Positions 10,928 through 23,969 of a DNA stretch of 64,000 bases are shown here, in pieces (position 1 is the stretch's first letter; each line of letters starts with the position of its first letter). Origin of the DNA: Perkinsus chesapeaki ATCC PRA-425 (taxonomy: Eukaryota > Protista > Perkinsozoa); assembly GCA_013115145.1 (NCBI GenBank), contig JAAPAO010000005.1, positions 124,001 through 188,000 of the forward strand, given 5' to 3'. Under the pieces are notes generated by a model that worked only from the letters and a program-made list of their open reading frames with translations, made no database searches and had not been told where the DNA came from. The position numbers were made by a program, and so were the translations under genes.

Positions 10928-11292
10928 TGTAGCTCGGCGCAAGTGACCTCTGGGGGTAAAGTACATTCCCGTATAGTACACATTGGACTTGTCTTCTCTT
11001 TTACCTCATTATAACTGTCAGCCATCTTCTTTTTCAGCGGTGTTCCAATTTATCGTTATCATCTGTATTGGTCATTCTGAGCTATTATACGGTTGAGGTT
11101 CATCGTCAGCAGCTAACCTGCACTAACCGGCAATATGCTCCAAGTTAGGGTTGCTCATATCCCCTTACAACTGTTAGTGTGGTGTATCATATACTTGCTC
11201 CATTTTATTGTCGATCCGTGAGTATTGTCTTTTGCACGCATGCACATAGTCTTGTCTCCAAGTTGATATAGGTGACTATATCTGTTATTGAT

Positions 11293-12856
11293 ATGTCATC
11301 ATCATCATCGTACTACAATAGAGCTGATATCAATCAAATGTTTGGTATGGGCAATTTATGTCCCAACACCACCACCACGACAGCAGCTGCTGCTGCTGCA
11401 AGCCCTTTACCAATGCGTATGATTAAATGCGTTTTAATATTACTATTATTAGTTTAGGTACCTCTAGGAATAATGATAATGTATACTTTACCCCACCGTA
11501 TGGTTATTCGGTTGATCCTAGTGTTAATAGATTATTCGCCGACCCTTATAATAGTAGTTATAAGCATGTCAACGGAGCATGCGCTGAAAATAACACAGTA
11601 TATAGTACTACTGGAGAAGGATCTTATCGTAACCTTAGTGAAGCTAATGCTATGCTAACTGCAGCATGTTCCAATTTACTGGAAGCTCTACAAAACCCTA
11701 ATAACAGATATCAAAAGGATCAATGTAAGGTTGTTTGTCTTGGATATATTGTCTATAGGTATTTATATAGGTATAGAGGAAGCCTGTAATGCATTAATAG
11801 TGGGTCAGCAAGTACAAGCAACTGGATGTTCAAATACTAGTATACAACAACCTTGTGCTTTACCATGTACTTCATCTAATCACGCTGCATCATCATCATT
11901 ACTTGACACACCTTACCATACTACTCGTTGGAGCAATAATACCACATCAGCGGCAGCAGCAGCTACTGGTGCTGCTGGATCACCTCATGTTAATAATCGA
12001 CAATCAAGGGTAATGGTGGATCAAGATGGGGGATATCATGGGCACATTGACGATATCCCTTTTACTGGGCAACAGCAGCAGCAGACAATGTTAATAAGCT
12101 CTAGTAGATGTAACGATCCATCAGGTACTATTAACTATTACTTATTATTATTATTATTCAGGCTCGAAGGATACTAACCACCAACACTATCGTTCATCTA
12201 TGAATTCCAAACATCATTATCATGGTGGTTATCATCTTGAAAGTAGATTACCGATCTGCTATGAAAGTTCTCCTTCTACATCGACGTCAGCCACTGGGCA
12301 GCTAATAACAGCAACAACTAATACCACAGCAACAATAACAGGTAGATCACCAAGACGCAAAGCGTATGGTGCTCCTACTGGTGTATGGAAGAACCCTTAT
12401 GGGTTTGTTAGTACTATCTATGTTAATAAACGTCGAGTTTATGGGCCATTAAGAAAGACTATAGATGCTGCTACACGTGATAGAGAAGCATTATTAAGTG
12501 TTAAAGACATTATTACTAGTGTAGAGGAGATGAGGCTATTTGTTAAGGATGTGTTAAAGCCTAATGCTGATGGTGGTGTAACTACTGATGCAGCTTATGA
12601 TATTGGAGGTATAATAGATGAGGAGGAAGATTATACTTATAAAAAGAAAGCAGCAGCTAAACGACGTCGTAATGGTTCATCGTCATCGTCATCATCAGTA
12701 GTAGTAGACGGTATTGTTCTAAGCAATAATCACACAAGAGCAGTAACAGCAGCAGCAGGAGAAGGAGGAGGAGGCAGTAGCGAGGACGCGGCGGCAGCGG
12801 CGCTACCGCCGTCCTCCGGTATTGAAGATAATGGTGGTATGTTCGTCACGTTATAA
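11293..12856 (+). CDS. AP2-like domain protein B (putative transcription factor), multi-exon
   Basis: RRKAYGAPTGVWKNPYGFVSTIYVNKRRVYGPLRKTIDAATRDREAL, followed by a basic KKKAAAKRRR (NLS-like) segment; paralog of 5120-6457. Confidence 0.65.
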
Positions 12857-13085
12857 TAATATGGACTAGGATTAGGAGTTATTGGTAGCCATCGACGTTA
12901 GGCAAAGTGCTTACGCACTTCTACGTTTATCATGTCTTAAAAGCAACAATCGATCATCATCATCATCATCATCAGTTATCATCATCAGTTATCATTATCG
13001 TTTGTCGTCCAGGGATATCACTCAATTTCATAACAATGTTATTATTGGGTTTATATTATAATATTCAATTATTATAGTGTAACTA

Positions 13086-15675
13086 ATGAACAGGCCTGGA
13101 TCAGCATTAAGTAGAAAACGTAAAGTGCAAAGGGCAGGGTCAAACAGTAGGGAGGGAGGGGTAATGCAGCAATATTAAGGTGTAGGTCATCATGACAACA
13201 CAACTGCATCCAAGGCAAACAAAATGAATAAACCTCCACAATTGGCTGATTTTATATATAAGGGCGATTACACCGGAGCCATAGCTTTACTTGAATTTAA
13301 TAAGGAGTAATTATGTTATTAGTGAAGATGATAATAATACCTTTATGGGCTCTATAGGGCTCCACCATCATCATCACTTTTATGGCTGGCATTCTGTTAC
13401 TTCCATATTGGAGGGTATAATAAAGCTATTAGCGTGTATGATGAGATATTAAAAAGTAATGTGATTGCTGGTATAAGAGTTAATAATAATATAGGGGGTG
13501 AAGGAGAGGGAATAGGGAAGGCAAGTATATTGATATGGAAGGCATGCTGCTTGTAGGCATTATTGGGGTTAGTGATGATATGTAGTGGTATTATATTATG
13601 TAGATATGGTGCTTGTGAATATGAAGAGTGTTATTCATTAGCTGAGAGCATTAGTGATACTACAGCACAAAGGGATGTAGTAATAATTAGTGGAGTATTA
13701 CTAGATAATAGTGGTATTATTAGGGTGTTGGACAATTAAGGGAACGATTACTATTACATGCAGCTTATAAAGGGAATGACGAAGCATCATTAATGAAATG
13801 GCATCAACGTATTAGTAAGAATAATACCATACAAGCTGAGGAACAACACTTAACATTGGCTGCTATACAGTAGTAAAGCTATATACAATAACTGCTGCTT
13901 ATAATAGCTTATTATTATAGGTATCTAAGAGGGCATTATCAACAAGCTACAGATATATATAAAAAGTTATTAGGAGATAATAGAGAAGGAGACCATGCTA
14001 TTGCTCATGCTGCTATTAATGTGTACTATTATTAATATTATTATAGGGTTGTTAATGTGTGATAGGTATATGGCTTTATGTTATTATAAAATGGACTTTT
14101 ATGATGTTGCTGCGGAGATGCTACAAGGGTGATGATGATAATAATACCATACCACTCCTTTGTATAATAATCATTGATTAGTTACTTATCAATACATCCT
14201 ACTTCTATAATAGCTAATAATCTCAAAGCATGCTGTCATTATCAATTATATAACGGTAATAATACACAATAGATTACACTGCACTTCAATGCACTGTATA
14301 CCAGGTAAAGCAGCTGAGGCTCAATGGAAGGTATTAAGTGATAGTAGTGGTATAGGTAGTAAGGTATATGATAATGATGACTTATTAAGACATAATAGAG
14401 TGGTATTCCGTAATGGTGAGGGTGCTATGCAGGTGACTGAGCTGAGCCTTTATAGCTAGTTTGCGGCTCTTGGTGTATAGGTGTTGCCACATTTATTGGA
14501 TATTATACCAGAGGCAAGACTTAATCTTATAATATATCATTTAAGGGCACATAATGGTGATCCACAAGAAGCAATGCAACTAGTTAAAGTAGTACTTAGT
14601 GAGATGTTATTATTGGTACTGTTATCATATAGGGTATGGATGCCACCCAGCCAAGGGAATATATTATAAAGGCAGTAGTATATGCAGTAGTAGGACAATT
14701 AGAAGGTAATTATATTATAGTAGGTTTAATAATAATGTATTATAGGTTCAAAGGAGTTTATTAAGACGGCACAACAATTATATCAATTAGTTGGGGCTAG
14801 TAATAATAACACATCACCACCAGCTCAGCGTTATTCTACTTTACCACCACGTTTTGGACTCCTACCTTGTTCTAGTTGCTATATATACCTCTGCTACCTA
14901 CTAGTATCATTCTATGTATTATTATTGTGTGCTCTGTTGCTGCTGCTGCCCCCCTTTCAGGTGCATCTGAGTGTGATACTATACCAGGCAGGCAGTGTAT
15001 GGCATCGTGCTTCTATTTATTAAAACAGTTCGAGGATTCTTTGGTATACTTGAAGAGCATTAAAGCTTACTTCTCCGCTGATGATGATTTTAATTGGAAT
15101 TATGGTATAGCATGCGCCTCAATGGGTGATTATAAAGAGGCACAACAGGCCTTATTATCAGTTCAAAATGAGGCTTATAGAATGGAGTTTGTGTACCATT
15201 ATTACCACTAACCATAACTTAATACACCCAGTAATATTAGGTATCTAACTTGGCTTTGCCGATGCTTTATTATGAATGGTGACTCTATGTCAGCATGGGA
15301 GATATACAATAGTTTAGAGGCGTCATCTGATACATTTAACCTATTGCATATAATAGCTAATGATAGTTATAAACAAGGGCACTTCTTTGTTGCTTGCAAG
15401 GCATTTGATATACTGGAGAGATTGGATCCTGATCCTGAGTTCTGGGATGGCAAACGTGGTGCAGCTGTGGGGGTGTTCCAAATGGTTATAGCTGGTTTAG
15501 CACCACCAGAGCAGCTGCAGGAGGTAGTAGGGGAGGGGATGAGATGGCTATGATTGGGGTATAGGTAGTAAACCTATTAAGGGGTACAAGAGAGCATCAA
15601 ATCCCACAAGTGGAATATATAATAAATAGAGTATTCAAGAAGTGGGCTGCTGATAATAGTGTATTCATTGAATAG
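13086..15675 (+). CDS. TTC26: Intraflagellar transport protein 56 (TPR protein 26), many exons
   Basis: Exons read [24 protein letters not shown]; [40 protein letters not shown]; [30 protein letters not shown]; [15 protein letters not shown]. Confidence 0.9.
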
Positions 15676-15791
15676 CCATGGTTGAGGTTGAGGTGAATGT
15701 TATTGTTAAGAGGGGTATGGTATTGTGTTGTTGTTTTTGTTGTTGGTTATGGGTGGGACAGGTGTTGTGTTATGATTATCTAATCGTATCT

Positions 15792-17466
15792 ATGTTTACA
15801 CCCCCACAACCTCCTAACCCACTTTTACCCTATTCATTCAATCCATTCCAAAGGTTGTTGTTATCCACCAATAGCAGCAGTACAGCAGTAAATGCACAGC
15901 AATATCAGCAGCATGGCTATTCTATGTTACCTCTACAGTCTACCATAATGGCAGCAGCACATGATAGCCCTCCTCATCATCCTATTTCAACTATGGTAGT
16001 GGAAGGTCCTAGAGTTGGCCGATATTATACTGGTATAAGTAATAATAGCAATAACCATGTATTATATCAACCTTCATATCTACTACCTATGACACAATGG
16101 GGACAGTCCATCCCACAACCAATACAACAACAACAGCACGTGGCAGGGCAGCAGCAGCAGCAGCCAAGGGGTAGCCAAGAGAGTGAGGAGGGTATACCAC
16201 TACTACCACCTGATGAGGTTATTATAATAGAACATGATGATAGAAGGGGGAATGATAAGTTAACTAAACCACAATACCCTCAAACAGCTAGGGGACAGGG
16301 TGTGCCATCTGCTGCTGATGGTGGTGGTGAGTCTAGTACAGCATTGGATGGCCTTGGTAAGCAGCAGCAGTAGATGGTGTTGTTGTTGTGATAATGGGTA
16401 TGGTTATAGGTATTAACTACCATACTGGGTCTGATATAATGGAGTTGCAATTAGCTGTACATGCATTGGAGTTGGAGAATACTGCATTAAGAAGGAGGGT
16501 TAAGGATAGGACTAAAGCATTGAATAATGCACAGACAACAGTAAGGGTAATATAAGGGTAATAATAACACTATACAACAATCTTAGATACAATCATTACA
16601 GGAATCACTGGTAGAGGCCGAGCTGAACGGCGGTAGAGGTAGGGGGCTGGTGGTGGTCATATGATAATGTAGTAGTGGCATCAGTGACATTAGGTACTTT
16701 CCCTTCTGCTGTTGTTACTGGTGGTGTAAGAAGCCAGCGCCCCCCCTCACAACAGCACCACCTCATCATTGGTGATGACCTTCGTGATATAGTAGTGCTG
16801 CTGACTAAGGCTGGTGAGGTGTTGAATAAACCTAAAGAGTGTGGTAGATTACTAGTAGAGGTAATGGAGAGGAATGATGATGATTTATTGATTATGTTAT
16901 TTATAGGCAGCAGAAGCAATAGCTGTGATAGATGGTAAAATAAGGAATATATTAACATCCACGGCCATTCCTACTACAAATGGGGTACTAGTAGTTACAG
17001 TAGGAGGTAGGATGTATGGGGTGTGTTAGCTTATGTCCAGTGATGGGGGTGGTGATGGTGATGATATGATAGTATCGTTACAAGATGAGGTAAAGGTATT
17101 AAAAGGCAAGTTAACCGAGGCTGAAAGGATGATAAGTAGCTCACATGCTAGGGAATTTGACTTGGTAATTATAATAGGGTAGATGGTAGTGATGGTGGTG
17201 CTGTTGGATAGCTTAGGACAATCAATGGTGGAGATACTAATAATAATAAAGGGATGGATAACCAACAATTAGGCAATCCAAATAGTCCAGAGAGGGTTGG
17301 GGTAGTAGTAGTAATGATGGTGGTGGTTGTTGTTGTTGTTGTTGAGGAGATGTATTATTATTAATAATAGGTTAGAAGCAGTAGTAGCAGTCAGCAACAT
17401 AGGAAGAGGAACTCTCTCCTAGAGGAGCTGGCTACACATGGTGAACTACCACAAGAGATGACGTGA
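15792..17466 (+). CDS. Hypothetical Q/P-rich coiled-coil protein, multi-exon
   Basis: Long first exon plus GT-AG-bounded exons such as ELQLAVHALELENTALRRRVKDRTKALNNAQ; no family recognised. Confidence 0.5.
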
Positions 17467-17876
17467 GGTGTAATGAAGAGGGTATGGGGAGGTATCAGTT
17501 TTATTAGGTATAATGAACAGCACCAGCAGGCAGTAGTAGCATCAAGAAGTAGTATGCATTCAGCAATAGAGCATCATCATCATCAACCAGAAGTATCAGC
17601 CACTACCACACCAGCAGTAGCAGTCCTTCAACAGCAGCAGCAGCAGCACAGAGTATCATCATATCGTCATCGACGTTGGCCAAGGGATAGCCTTTAGACC
17701 GCCTAGGGGCCTAACCTCCTCATTCATTAGTTCATGTACAGTAACAATAACAGCAACAACAGTGATGGTTGTTATGCAGTATTAATAAGCTGAGATTGTG
17801 TTGATAATATCTGTAATGTTGTTGCCTAATGTAAGCACTTAGGCTGCTTTTTGATTCAATTTGTATCGTTTATATA

Positions 17877-19631
17877 ATGGATTCTTCCTCTGAGGACGAT
17901 TCATATAATGATGTTAACTTTTGGCGTGTATCACCAATGGTATTTATACCTCATGATGGTAATCAACAAGAGCAGCAGCAACAGCAAAGGTAGGTGTAGG
18001 CATCGTACCACCTATCACCATCATTACCATTAGTCAACAACTTAGTCAGCAACCCTACACTGCTGCTGCTGGTGGTGGTGTTACAGAAGGTGATGATGAT
18101 AATAGTCTCAATAATTCAACTGGTGATGTTATATTGGTCATGGATAACCAACATCAAGTCGATGTCTGTACTGCTACTACTACCCCTATACCAGAGGATG
18201 CTTACCAATTGGTCATCACTCGTGATTTCAAGGATAAGACATCTTTATCATCAAGCTTATTATTGGCTAACATACTCAATAGACTTACTCATAACTATCT
18301 ATATCTTGTCGATGATGCTCCTAAGCTTAGTAAAGTGGCTGAGAGGGCTGCAGAGCTTCGTAAGGAGTTGATAGCAGCTCAGAAGGAGGTAATGCTATAA
18401 TGGGCGTGGTAGGGGGAGCGATAGTGGTGCCCATCATCAGTTGGATGGAGTGTCGGGACCGTATGATGATTACTTTGTACAACAATGGAAGAGATCAGTT
18501 GTGAATCAGGTGAAGGGAGAAGTTGAAATAGCTGAGTTGGAACTTGAAAAGATGGGGAGAGACAAGGACCTTCTAGAAGGGGATGATGCAAAGTTGCCTC
18601 AGGAGGAGCAGGTGAAGGTAACACTAGCAGTCAGGCGGGTCATGCCGCATGACTCATGGGTTGTTATCAGAGGTTAACGGTAATGAGAAAGTTTGAAGTG
18701 AAGGCCACACCAAGTAGTGATGCTGCCACTACAGCTACTACATGTGATAGTTTTATTAATCTATTGGCTACTGGAGCTTATGATGGTGGAGGAGGGGATG
18801 GTAATGATATTATTATTAATACTAATAATAATAACAAGTATTGTAGGTCGTGATGCCACTCTTACTAAACATGAGGTGACCTTCCGAATCATATCGGAAA
18901 GGGTAACAGAGAGCGGCATCGATCGTGAAACAGTGGTAGGCAAGTCTTGGCTATAACTTAAAGTCGTCTATATTCCTGTACAGGTGCCAGTTAGCGGGCG
19001 TAAGGTGCAGATGGATAAGAAGGAATTTGAGATATCAATTAATGGCAAGTTGGTTAAGGATTCTCATGTTGTCTGGAATGGTTCCGAATGGAGACCAGCA
19101 GACTCTGTTGCTGATGGTGATTATTATAATATTGCTCATGAGAATTCTGAAGACTCTGCTGCTGCTGCCGCAGTTGAAGTGTCCTTTGGTCAAGGTATCA
19201 CTATGCTGAAATACGCAAGTGTGTTACAAATACTAAATACCATTGCAACAGCCTATCATGTCTTGGACGACGCTAATGATCTCCGTCCGAGTCTTAACAC
19301 CGCCGTGGCGCTGCTGGAATCGTTAGCTTTGGGAAAATGTAAAAGTTTCCCGATATACTATGACGGTGCTTATCTGGCACGTATCCACGTGGCTGCTCGT
19401 CATGTTGTCCATGACGGTCCATGGGCTCGCCAATTGCCTGATGAACTTCGTGCTCGCAGTGCATGCCTATTATCCTGCAACTTAAGAGATATGATACCAG
19501 ACGACACTAGATGCCCCTCTACTATAGAGAGTATGGTAGACCAAGTTAAGAGATCAACAAGTAGCGTTCAATCTGATGATTTGACAAAAAGTGAACGACA
19601 ATTGTTGGATCTTCTAGAGAGATCGTTTTAG
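17877..19631 (+). CDS. Hypothetical protein, multi-exon
   Basis: Successive non-repetitive ORFs (18134, 18441, 18984) separated by intron-like tracts; 215-aa terminal exon. Confidence 0.55.
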
Positions 19632-19786
19632 TGATGACAAGCCGCGTGAATTCTTATTATCCCATCATATTATCGTTAATATCTCACTAGTGTGTGCCTT
19701 GTGTTAGTTAGCAATATCGAAGATATTCCAACAACACAACTGAAGGGCAAATGCAAAAAATGAAACTATTCCACGTTAAAAAGATA

Positions 19787-21654
19787 TCAAATGTGATGGC
19801 ACAATGCGAATGCTTTATGAACTATATCAAGCCTCTCCTTGAGTAGTTGGAAGGCCTGAGCGACATGATTAGCTTCTGTTGCTTAATAAGAAGTAAATGC
19901 TTACCCTTGTATTCTGTGGTACAAGCATAACCAAACCGACCAGACAATCCAGAAGGCATTGTCTCTTCTCCTTTTCGGGTTTAACATCTAACATCATGAG
20001 CATTGTTGCCAAGTGTGTGTAAAGTGTAGAGCTACCGAGTAGATAGGAGTTTGGAAGGAGCTCCAGTCGTAACTTAGTGAAAACAGGCGATTCAAGTAGA
20101 TGCACCAATTGGTCCAATTGCAGGAGGGATTCAGCTCCATCATCAGCTACATCGGGATGAGATGATGAAGTTCGGGTGATCCCTGTTGGAGAGGTTCAGT
20201 TCTGTTATTGTTACCAAACTCACGGCCTTTCCTAACACTCCATGGTACAGCTCCGATGGACACTTGATCTTCAGCAATTATACCAACAAATTTACATGCT
20301 AATGCATATCTACCAACCCACAGACAGAGGGATAGTGCACTAGCTGGATTACTCATCCATGGTAACTAAGAAGCCTGTAATGACACGGCTGCTGTAATAG
20401 TAGACTTACCAATATACGAACGAAAAGGGGCATATCTTCATCATTAGAGCCATTTGAATCGCTCGAGGGTCCAGCTGCGAGATCCATCAATTGTTGCCAC
20501 TTAAAAGCCAATGTTAGTGGTGTGGATGCATCATCATACAACGCCTCTCGTAGAGTGTTAGTCTCCGGTGCTGAGGGTGACATACCAACAAGAGTGAAGC
20601 ATATAAGTTACCAGTGAGTAATATCCAATTGAATAGGTAAACGGCCATACTCCTAAACTCGGCATCCTCGTCATCTTGGAGCCTCTGGGCTATATGCCGA
20701 TAAAAACGCTCAACATCAACATAACAGCAAAGGTGGCGGATAATCAAACGGTATCTACTCAATAGCATCATCGCCACCTTGTTGATGATGATGATGTTGC
20801 TAGCCCACCTTAAAGCCAATGACTGTAACTTCTGTTGATGGGCATTACCTGCCTCATCAGAGTTGGCTGCAGTAGAAGGTAAGCCAGTATCCTCATCCAT
20901 ATCATCATCTGATGGAGTTATGGACTTCCTATTAGTTCGTAACAACTCTAATAATCGAGTGCATACTATTGGGAAGTATCTGCTGTTAGGCAATAACAAG
21001 GCTGATGCTATTATTCTAGCTACTCACTCATCATCATCTGGTAAAGATGCTATTCTACTGAGGACCTGTAGTGCAGCAATGCAGACCTCAGAGCTTGGAT
21101 GTTGCAATGTAGCAAAGACCGAGTCGAGCAGACTTGGTCGATGTTGTCTCTTATCCCCTTCGGACTGGTGCAACTCATGTTGGTCATCAATGCTACATTG
21201 GGCATCTCTCAGCAGCTCTTGAGGGCTTTGCTCGAGTAGTAGGGAGACCCACTGAAGGCAACATGCACCTAACACCCACGTGACGATAGTAGTCGTAGGT
21301 GTGGTGTAACGGTTATGCTGGTTACGTGTAACAGTTTGGTCTAGAGGCCCCGATAAATAATGGCATACAACTGAGATGACTCTATCGTCATTAACATCGT
21401 CACCAGAGAGACAGCTTGTGGAGTAACTGATGGGAGTTGGTGGTGCCCCGATGATAAGGGGGCATACTCGGCTGTCTCATCGCCTTTTGGACTCGTAACA
21501 TTAAGCGGCCTCCCTCCTCCTCCTCCTCGACCACCAATAGCTTCAACAGCACTCAATAATAAAGTATGAGCCTCAACTGCTTTACGGGAGACCTCTGCCT
21601 CTTTAGCATCAACACATCCTAGTATCTGAAACCTTCACATGTTGATCCAGCCCT

Positions 21655-21686
<32 letters not shown>

Positions 21687-23836
21687 GATGATGATTATGC
21701 TACTAACCCCTTCGAGAAGTGTTGGGAGTAATGTCCTAAGATTGCTAGCTGCATTGGCATCCATGGTAACCCTTGGTGAATCACACTCTTCTGGCATATC
21801 CAATACCTAAGGATGGATATGGTAGTCTGTCGTACTGTTCTTGGTTCTTCTTGTTACCGCTTCATCAGTAGGCATGTTTGGTAATAATAGGCCTGGACTA
21901 CTAAGTATGGTGTATAACCAGTTCATGGCTGTTAAACGGGTTAAGGATTCTGTTGAGGGGGAGCTGCTGCAGTTAGATACCACAATAGAGATCTGATAAG
22001 TAAGGTCTCAGACTGACCATCGTTATTATTGGCTACACTCTTTGCTACTATCAACCGTAGTTTGGTCGGGCCTATCGTAGTGTTATTATTATTATCATCA
22101 TCATTAGAGGCAAGAGCTGCTGCCGATGAGGTAAGGTCATCTAGGAACTCCCCCAACACCTGCAGCACGGCAGTAGTGGGCGGCATGGGCTGCTCACGTC
22201 TAACCTGGTCAGCAGTATGGCGCAAGTCACCTCTAGAAGGGTCTCTTTGAAGGGAGAATAGTGTACCAAGAAATAGAGGTAGATGTAATAATAATAGGTC
22301 ACGTGTTGTTGGTAGGGAATGAAGGACCTATTTGATGTAATATTTAATAATAATAAGAAGCCTCATTACTGATATCCATGACATAGCAAGCTGCTTTATA
22401 AAGGGATTAGCTACACGTAGATGGGCTGATATACGACCAATGAACGCTCCCAGATCAAACAGTCCAACACCAGCACCTAAAGGAGGTTATGTCATTTATA
22501 TGTGACTAGTATGATGAAGACCTTGTGACGACGATGATGCTGTTGTTGTTGCCTGTTGTTGTAGATGCATAAGCCTTTGACCTTGTGGTTCACTAGGCAG
22601 TGATGGTGTCTCAGGTGTTGTTATTATATTTATAGGAGTAGCATCAATACTATCATTATCTGTTGATCGATATGGATATGCATCACCACTTGTCGATGTA
22701 GTAGGGGACATGCCTTCAGCTAAGCTGATAGGAGGAGGAGGAGAGGGTATGTAACCGGTGAGACTAGCCGGCCACGATGATTCCGAAGCTGGTGAGGCTG
22801 ATACCTAATAGAGTGATTAATGCTACGCTGTTGTTATGTAGGCTTGTACCTCTGTTCCAGGTTCATAGGGTTTAATCTCTCGTAATATAAATGGTTTATT
22901 AGCAACATCAGATACTATGTCCTTTAATAATCTATCTAAGTACTGTGCACCAGACTTAACCTCTTGATCAACATCAGCAACTAATCTACATACACCATCT
23001 AGTGCCTACTCACCAACACATAATATTAATAAAGATCACCAAGCATGCTGCTGTTACTACCAGACACATCCTTCTCCCTTTTAATAATAAACCCCTGGCC
23101 ACTTTACTTATATTAAACATAGCTTCACATGCATAATAACGGCATCTACTATCCTCATCATCAAATAGATAAAGTACAGGTGATATAAGACTATCCAGGA
23201 AAGGGTCTAGATTCTTATTCTCCAGAGCTATAGCAACACTGGCTAGTCCAAGTAGTCCACCTTTACGGGAATTAGGGTAGGGCGACTTTGTAAAATTAGA
23301 TGACGTAAGGACCTGTACTGTATGATAATATAGCTTATTATCATTGTTATTATTATTGTTACTGTTATAACTGATACTATATTGGCTGTAGCTGTCTGAT
23401 CTTGACCGTAGTAATCCCTTTGCTGAAGAGCTTGTCTAACTCGTGATTCTATCTCATGTGCAGCCATACTCCTCTTTTCATAGCTTCTATCACTCAGTAG
23501 TCGTGATGTACCTATACATTAATTCATACCATATTTCCTCTACATCATACATACTTTGACCAAGTATACTGGCAATATCCAGCTGAGCAAAGTGATAATG
23601 ATCAGCTAGTGGTGAGAATGAATTAACAGATGATCCTGCTGTCCCAGGTCGTGATGCACTTAGTGGGCCAGCAGACCCCTCCGATGAGGATGCCCCGACA
23701 ACTGGTGATGTAGGTACAGCTGCTACAACACCCTCTTCTTGTTGTTGGTCACTAGAAGGATGCAACGGACCAAGTACATCACCAACTAAAGCAGAGGGAT
23801 GGTTACAATATAAAGTGTAGTCCTACGTCCTCTCAT
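19787..23836 (-). CDS. VAC14: VAC14 (PIKfyve/Fab1 complex scaffold), many exons
   Basis: LSDRSYEKRSMAAHEIESRVR; SVAIALENKNLDPFLDSLISPVLYLFDDEDSRCRYYACEAMFNISKVARG; DAEFRSMAVYLFNWILLT; CLVGLVMLVPQ...AFQLLKRRL. Start codon approximate. Confidence 0.85.
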
Positions 23837-23969
23837 GGATAGGTCGTCTTGGTGTCTGTCTGTGATAGATGAGGATCAACCAGCTAACAGAGGAGGAGGG
23901 TATAGTTATTATATATATTAACACAACATCATCCGTTGTAGAATTAAGTGTAGCTGCTGTATTGGAGTA

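Larger units (their letters stand above)
6779..10933. mobile_element. Inverted-repeat DNA element with 10-bp target-site duplication, carrying a Pif1-like helicase; apparently non-autonomous
   Basis: 6784-6904 is the exact reverse complement of 10807-10927. TCGGCGCAAG occurs in direct orientation at 6769-6778 and 10934-10943. The interior lacks the host trinucleotide tracts and is visibly richer in GC/CpG (not computed). Confidence 0.9.

Noticed and set aside
6779-10933. Calling the element a Helitron because of Pif1 and a GC hairpin
   Set aside because: No HUH Rep motifs and no TC...CTRR ends were seen; long perfect TIRs and a 10-bp flanking duplication are not Helitron features.
21659-21695. 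(GAT)n run and many antisense poly-S/L/I ORFs in the track
   Set aside because: Ordinary microsatellites and shadow ORFs of low-complexity exons and introns typical of this genome.
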